A stretch of 64,000 nt of DNA from the NCBI GenBank assembly GCA_023213395.1, contig CM041465.1, forward strand, positions 198,779,741 through 198,843,740, read 5' to 3'. The first letter of the stretch is position 1. Each line of letters opens with the position of its first letter. The position numbers and the translations under genes were made by a program. This DNA is from Cycas panzhihuaensis (Eukaryota; Plantae; Cycadophyta). Below the pieces are notes generated by a model. It searched no databases and was not told the origin of the DNA. It worked only from the letters and a program-made list of their open reading frames with translations. This document shows, in pieces, positions 56,829-64,000 of this stretch.

Positions 56829-58468
56829 TAACCATCTCCCAGATTGGAGACCGACTTAGCAGAGGATGGAGGAGAATATTGGAGAAGATAAATAACATGG
56901 GAGACTCCTCCTGCACCTTCCTTGCATCCCGTTTTTGTCGTTTGAAATAAAGATAAATTTCGGGCAAAGCTGGTGCCCTCGTATCCCAATGCTGCGACCG
57001 GTGAATACGTGTTATTTCATTAGTTGAAATGTTGAAAAATATTGCCCCATGTGATCATTTCGTAGCAGCAGATATTCGCCTCCATAGGGTAGATGATTAT
57101 GTTGTGAGAATCTATGATAATAAACAAATTGGGCACGCTACGCTCTGATGGGGAACGTGAATCTAACGTTTTTGTTGAGAGGATAAATCGCAATTCATAA
57201 TACAACGATAACACTCTAAAAGCATCACCCTCGTAATTATTAAAGTTTGGTAAAGTTTGTTCCCATGGAAGGGGATGGTGGAGTGGCCCTTCGTGTCGAA
57301 ATTATTTATGTGAGTAACCTCAACAATACTTTGTAAATTTGCTAAGTTTTGAAAATATTTTTGTAATATTCTTTTTAATTTAATGAAATTTAAATTCTAT
57401 TATAAAAAATATAGTACAATTTAAAAAGGTTATGTGAAAAAAAGTCTTAATACATCTAAAACTAGAAGAAGGTCTAATAAAACTAAGCACGATAACTTAA
57501 TCAAGAAAGAAACATGCAAGGAGTGACTTCTACCCACAAACCCATTGTAGGAATGCCTCTAGTTAGAGCTAAGAGTGAAAAAGAAAGCCTTTACTAGTTA
57601 ATAAGGTATTTAAACCTGGGTTAATGATATCATTGTGCTCTTTTCTATGAATATTGGCAAAGGGACAAGGTCTAGTTAAATAGCTTTCTCAAGTTAAGAG
57701 TTTCTATTAGTGAATAGGGTTAAAGGGTGTCCTATTAGAAATAACAATTCAACTTCCCATGAAATTGGAGTGATGGCATGGAGATTATAGAAATGGCTAC
57801 ATTTCCCATCTTCTAGTGCAACATCTAGTAATGTGAGAGCATTTGAAAAATACTAATTTGAATGATCAATTTATTGTGGCCATAACTTTTAATTTGGGTG
57901 TCTATTTAAGTCTTTTTTTTTCCCCTTAAATACTCATCTTCAAACGTTGAACATTATCATTAAAGGAAGTAACTACTTAATGACCAATTGTCAAAATTTG
58001 TAGGGCCCAACAAGATCATAAAATGGCCCAAAATTACATTTTAAAATTATTTCTTACTCATATAAAAATTAATGAGTGTTATTTTTACTAGTAAGGTGAT
58101 TAATTATATGTAAGTTATGATTTTAGGGGTTTGTTATATGATTAAGTACTCATACCATAATTTTGAATAAATTAACAATTTTTTTAAAATTTACTAAAAA
58201 TAATAGTAGTTAGGAAGTTATAAAAACATAACATTTTTGAATTGAGATCCTTTTCACTTCAAATTAGAGGAGTAATTTTAGGAGTTAATTGTTAAAATTT
58301 TTACACGGCTAGAGATCTTGTATTTGTATATTCTGGATTATAAACAAATGAACTTTTTCAATTTGGGAAAGGAAAATTAAAAGTTTCATGGTGGTGTTTC
58401 TCTATGTGAATTGGCTTTGTTTTACTTTGAACTTCTTATTTCCTACTTACTTGATTTGAGGATCCACC

Positions 58469-60054
58469 ACTCTGTCATTTAACCCTACCTTTATAAAGCA
58501 AAGTAATAGACTTAAATGCTCTTATGATGTTATTCATATTGAGAAATGATTATTTATTGGTAAATAGTTACCTTAACATATCTAGAGCCAATGCATTTAC
58601 TTGTTAACTAGCCTTTAACTATAATACAAAAGCAGGCAATAAGTCAAAGAAAAAATTAGCGAGAGAAGAAGATTTACTTTTAAAAACACAAGTTCATAGA
58701 TATTTTATATACTATCTTATCTCTCACGAACATGAAATAGTAACAAAATGGCTTACTCTAATAGTAATTTGTAATGTTTTTTTAAGACTAATTGAGCTTA
58801 TAAAACATATGCAATTAAGCCATATGATTAATGAGCAATATAACATGCTAACAATATGAAGGGAAATATCATTTGTGCTTTCTATGTGAAATAAAAAAGT
58901 CAGTAATAATTCTTACAATAGTATCTATGTATATTACAACTTTTAGAAGAGCAATTATTTATTATTTAATTTTTTATTGTGTAATAACATAAAAGAAAGG
59001 GATGTAAAATGGAATAAAAGCATTTGTCTTTTAATGTAAAAAATATAGATTACTAAAAGGGATTTACCACCTAAGGAACTAGAAATTATTGTTAAGAATA
59101 TACCCATATGCTAAGGCATATAAAATGAACTTAGAAAAATAGTTTGATAGCTTTAAACATTGACCTATAGGTCATAACACACGAGTTAGAAACCTATCAA
59201 ACATTTCCTTAATAATGCAATAAGCTCTAAACAATTAATATTTAATTAATTGGGAGCAGTCAACTCTATCATTTAAACATACCTTTATCAAGCAAAGTAA
59301 TAGAATTGAACGATCTTATAATGTTATCCATATTAAGAAATGATTTTATATTGGTAAATAGTTACCTTAACATATTTAAATCCAACACGTTTACTCTTAA
59401 ACTAGCCTTTAACTATAGTATAAAAGAAGGCAATAAGCCAAAGAAAAAATTAGTAAGAGGAGAAGATTCATTTAGGTAAAAACAAGTTCATAGAGATTTT
59501 ATATAATGACTTGTCTCGCATAAACATAAAATAGTAACAAAATGGCTTACACTAACAGTAATTTGTAATGTTCTTTAAGACTAGTTGAGCTTACAAAACA
59601 TATGCAATTGAGCCATAAGAATGATGAGCAATATGACATGCTAATAATATGCAGGTAAATATCATGTGTGCTTTCTAACTGAAATTAAAAAGTCTATAAT
59701 AATTCTTACAATAATATCTATGCACATTACATCTTATAAAAGAGTAATTACTTATCATTTATTTTTTTATTATCTAAGAACATAAAAGAAAGGGATGTAA
59801 AATGGAATAAAAACATTTGTCTCTCAATGGAAAAAATATAGACTACTCAAAAGGGATTTTCCACTCAACAAACTAGAAATTATCCTTGAGAATTTGACCC
59901 TATGCAAAGGCACATAAAATGAACTTAGAATAATAGTTTAATGGCTTTAAGCTTTGATTTATAAGTTATAACACACAAGCTACAAACCTATCAAACATCA
60001 CCCTAATAATGTAATAAGATCTAAACAATTAATATTTAATTAATTGGGAAGTCA
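58469..60054 (+). repeat. Direct tandem repeat, 2 x ~793 bp, copy 2
   Basis: Units start at ~58469 and ~59263; paralogous to 17527-19112. Confidence 0.85.
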
Positions 60055-60705
60055 ACACTATAATTTATACACATACTATTAAGTAACCTCCTAAGGTTAG
60101 TGGCACGTAAGCATTTGACCGCATGGTTAAGGTGGAAATGGTTAATGTTAATTACTAATTTGTGTTTGTAGGCCATATATCTCTACCAATGAGATTAAAA
60201 GCCGCATGGTTCACTAATAAGTTTCTAGAAAAAGTGGTCACTTTCATCTACTTATGGCCAAACATTTATAAAGAGATCTCTTATATCATAATCTTGTCTT
60301 GTTTGATTGTACTCATATACATATTATCTATTGGTGTTTTTAAAGCTTCATTGCACTTTTCTCTTATATATTTTATGTAATATAATCTAATGAAGTGTTA
60401 ATAAAGATCTATTATGCTCTCTTATCTTTCATAAGCTTCTATTAGTGTAAAAATTAGTAGTCAAATTCGTATTAAGTAGTAATAGAGCAAGGTTTAGAGA
60501 TCTGGTGGGAGTATTCAGAAGCTGTAAAAAAGTAGTTTATTTTGTTTCCTTGGTGATTTTTTAAACCTTTCCTTACAAGTAATTTCATTTTAAAGTCCTA
60601 TCCAATTTTGCTACTTTGTGTTGTTCAACTATAAGTGGAAAGTATAGCCCAAATCCTTAGTCTTAGTTTCCCTTTCCTTACAGTCTAGGTATAGACCCTA
60701 TGCTA

Positions 60706-63700
60706 TGAAATGGGAGATGTCTACTTGCTTTCAGATAATGTTCGAGGCTTATGAACACCCAGAAGACATTCAATTAATAAACACATGAAATAATTAAATT
60801 CCTCATAAATTCTCCAAAATATAACTTGCATTAACTCATAATATAAAAGTATATTGCATGATAAAAGATTACATAGAAGAAATCCTTCCATAAAGAACGA
60901 AAGAGATTATTATAATGCATATTAAGAATATTAAATGTAAGATCATATAAGGTGATAGTCAGTACCTTACATGATTAAATCAACTTTAGAGTAATTAAAT
61001 ATTAAGAGCAGATAAACCCCCATGCACCTAGGTTCACAACATAAAGTTGTGACTTAACGCTTTTATGATAAAGAAGCACTCAATACAAATTGTGTACAAA
61101 TATTACATCAATATAATATAATAGATCCTTGATGAATTAATGAAGTCTATCATTAATTCTTCTATCACCCTTCCTTAATGATGATTTCATTAATTTTGAC
61201 ACGAAGTCTAAGCTAAAAACTTTTAAATTTATCGCAAAAGAGTATCTTTGTGAAGATATCTATAATTTGATCATTGGTATGCTTATAAATAAAATCTATC
61301 TCACCATTCTATACATGCTCCTTGATGAAGTGATGATTAAACTTGATGTGTTTAGTTATAACATGGAACATACGATTCTTGGTCAATTTGAGAACACTTT
61401 GATTGTTACAAAATAATGATATAGCTTATCTCTGACTAATCCTAAGCTCTTTTAAAATCTTCCTAAGCTAGATAGCATCAATAATTGCACTAATGGTGGC
61501 ATTATACTCAACTTTAGTTGAACATAGAGTGACATTAGGCTACTTTTTATAATATCATGAAATTAAAGTAGAGCCCAGGTTAAAATAGTAGCATGAGGTT
61601 GATTACTAGCTATCTTCGCATCTAGCCCACTTTGCACCAGTGTAACCTATTAACAAAAGAATTTCCACATGACAGTAATCAAGTTTAGACTGAAAAGTAT
61701 TTTAAAGATATCTTAGAATGCTCATTACTACTTTCTAATATGAAATCTTGGGTTATGTCATGAACCTAAAATAAATTCCAATGGCATAGGTAGTATTAGG
61801 TTGAATATGAGTAAGGTAAATTAATTTTCTCACAAGTTGCCTATACAATATAGGATCTGTAGGTTTTTCACAGTCATCAATCGCCAAATTTAGACTTGTC
61901 TCTATATGAGTTAGCAATGGCTTACATTTATCTATCCTAAATTTTAAAGAATTTCCTTTCTATATTTTGATTGTGAACAGAAATAAATGGCTCAACTCCT
62001 ACTAAACTTCCATTTTAAGAAAATAATAAAGTAACTCAAGCCTAGTCCTCTCCAAGTTATAATTCAAATCTCCTTGGAGATGTGTTATCCACTTTGTGTA
62101 ATTATCAATTATCAATAAATCATCAATATAAAGTATAAACAAAGTGATCAAACCATTATGGATTCTGATATATAGATTTAGATTTGAAGATGAGCGAATG
62201 AGTCCATGTTTTTTAAAGTATTCATCAATCTTTGTATAGCAAACATGAGGTGATTACTTAAGGTAATACAATATCTTTTTCAATTTGTAAACTAAATGTT
62301 CTTTTCTATGAACAATAAAGTTAGGAGGCTAATTTATGTATATTTCCTCCTACAAGTCACCATTTAAGAAGGTACTTTTCATATCCATATGGTAAACATG
62401 CCTATTGAAATAAGTTGCAAGTACCAAAACAAGCCTTATAGTGGTCATCTTGGCAATTAGTGCAAATGTGTCGTCATAATCAATGCCTTCAACCTGTTTG
62501 AAACCTTTTGCAATCAAGCATACTTTATGTCATTAAATAGAACCATTTGCATGAAATGTTATTTTATAAATCTGTCTACAATTAATTGGTTTCTTCTCTT
62601 CAAGCAACTCAACAAGTACCTAAGTATCATTTTGTAGGATAGAATCCATTTCTTTAGTCACAATTGTTTGCCATTTTAGATCTCCAATAAATTCCTTAAA
62701 AGTAGATGGTTCGGGAAGTAATAACATTTCTACAATTAAGGTAAAGTTAACGGATGAATTATATTTTGATTATCTCTTTCCTAATTATGGTGGTAAAGGA
62801 GCAAAAGATATTGTCTATATATACTATTTGGTCAACTACTTTGAAGTAGGCTCATCCTAAATATCCCTCAAAGGATTAATAGATGTAAATATGGATGTAG
62901 AGGTAAGCGGTGTAGATGATATACTAGGAGTGTATGTTAATGTAGAAGGCATATGTTTTGTAAGAATATTTTGTGGAGTAAGAGGAGCAATAATTCTTTA
63001 TTAGACTGATCATCAAATAATGAAATCTATATGATATCCAAATCTTGGTTCTCTTCTGAGAAACTAATATGCTGAGATATATGCATTTTCTTTGTGGTGG
63101 GATCATATAATTTATACAATTTACAAATGGATTGATAACTAATAAAGATTTATTTCCTACTCTTATTATCTAATGCTTTTCTTTGTTTTTTGGTACGAGC
63201 ATATATGCTATATGACCAAAAGTACATAAATGTAAGATCGTAGATTTTTAACTTGACTAGGCCTCCTCAAGAGTAATGTTCAATATTGCCTTGGTTTAAC
63301 TTCTATTTATGAGATATACTATTGTATGAAGAGCTTCAACCCATAATTAAAGTCCTAAATTCTTGGCAACAAGCATGGTTTTCCCTTTGCTAACCAAGGT
63401 TTAATTCATTCTTTTAGTAACTCTATTTTGTCGAGGGGTGTATGTGGCAAAAAATTATTATTTAATACTATTATCCTTACAGAATTAGATAAACTCATTT
63501 GATGTGTTTTCACGTCCATTATCACAATAAAGGATTTTTAGTGGATTTCTATATTCAAGTTTAATCCTATGCTTAAACTCTTTAAATTTATCAAAGAGTT
63601 TTGATTTCTACTTTAGGAAATATACCCACACTTTTCTCTGATGAGTCAAAAATAAATATAATAACATAACACCAGCCTCCAAAGAATGCTTAAGATATGG

Positions 63701-64000
63701 GCCCACAAATATCTCAATGTACTAGGCCTAAAGGTTCCTTTATATACTAGGCTCTTACATCTCACCTAAAATGAACCTAATGATGTTTGCCCATAACACA
63801 AGACTGACATATATATTTAGTCTACTTTATATTTGGTATATAATGCACCATATTTAATTTAAAAAGTAGATGAAGGTTTTTCATATTTAAATGATCTGGG
63901 CATTGATGCCATAATTGGTCTTTTAGAACTTTAGGTGAAACATATGACTTTGAAGTAAATTAATCATCTAAATCTAATGTTGAAGTAGAAGGATTAGAAG
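60706..64000 (-). mobile_element. Ty1/copia element, copy 2 (3' LTR, RNase H, RT, integrase; runs off the window)
   Basis: LTR starts TGAAATGGGAG at 60706 after TGCTA; paralogous to 19750-22510; retains ~510 bp of integrase (~63010-63520) that is deleted in copy 1. Confidence 0.88.

Overview
AT-rich plant nuclear DNA, probably from a large-genome seed plant. The TE decay pattern is gymnosperm-like, but the species cannot be determined from the sequence. The window holds an old tandem segmental duplication: about 1.7-22.5 kb recurs at about 42.8-64 kb, offset about 41 kb, across a 500-N assembly gap. Each copy carries one 6-exon clade IV (SWEET16/17-like) sugar transporter gene with a GC-AG third intron, surrounded by nested, decayed LTR retrotransposons (a Reina-like chromovirus with TSDs, several Ty1/copia elements). 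The unduplicated middle (about 22.5-42.3 kb) is a nest of gypsy elements, a younger LTR element carrying an antisense captured fragment of a host ARM-repeat gene, a ~530-bp (TA)n tract, and an L1-type LINE interrupted by an integrase-deleted copia. Most notable observations: (1) the captured ARM-gene fragment is bounded by splice-site-like sequences on the element's sense strand; (2) an apparent gene-conversion tract between the SWEET paralogs; (3) independent C-terminal frameshifts that may hide a longer ancestral tail; (4) a conserved upstream ORF in front of both SWEETs. All counts are manual comparisons; no database searches were run.
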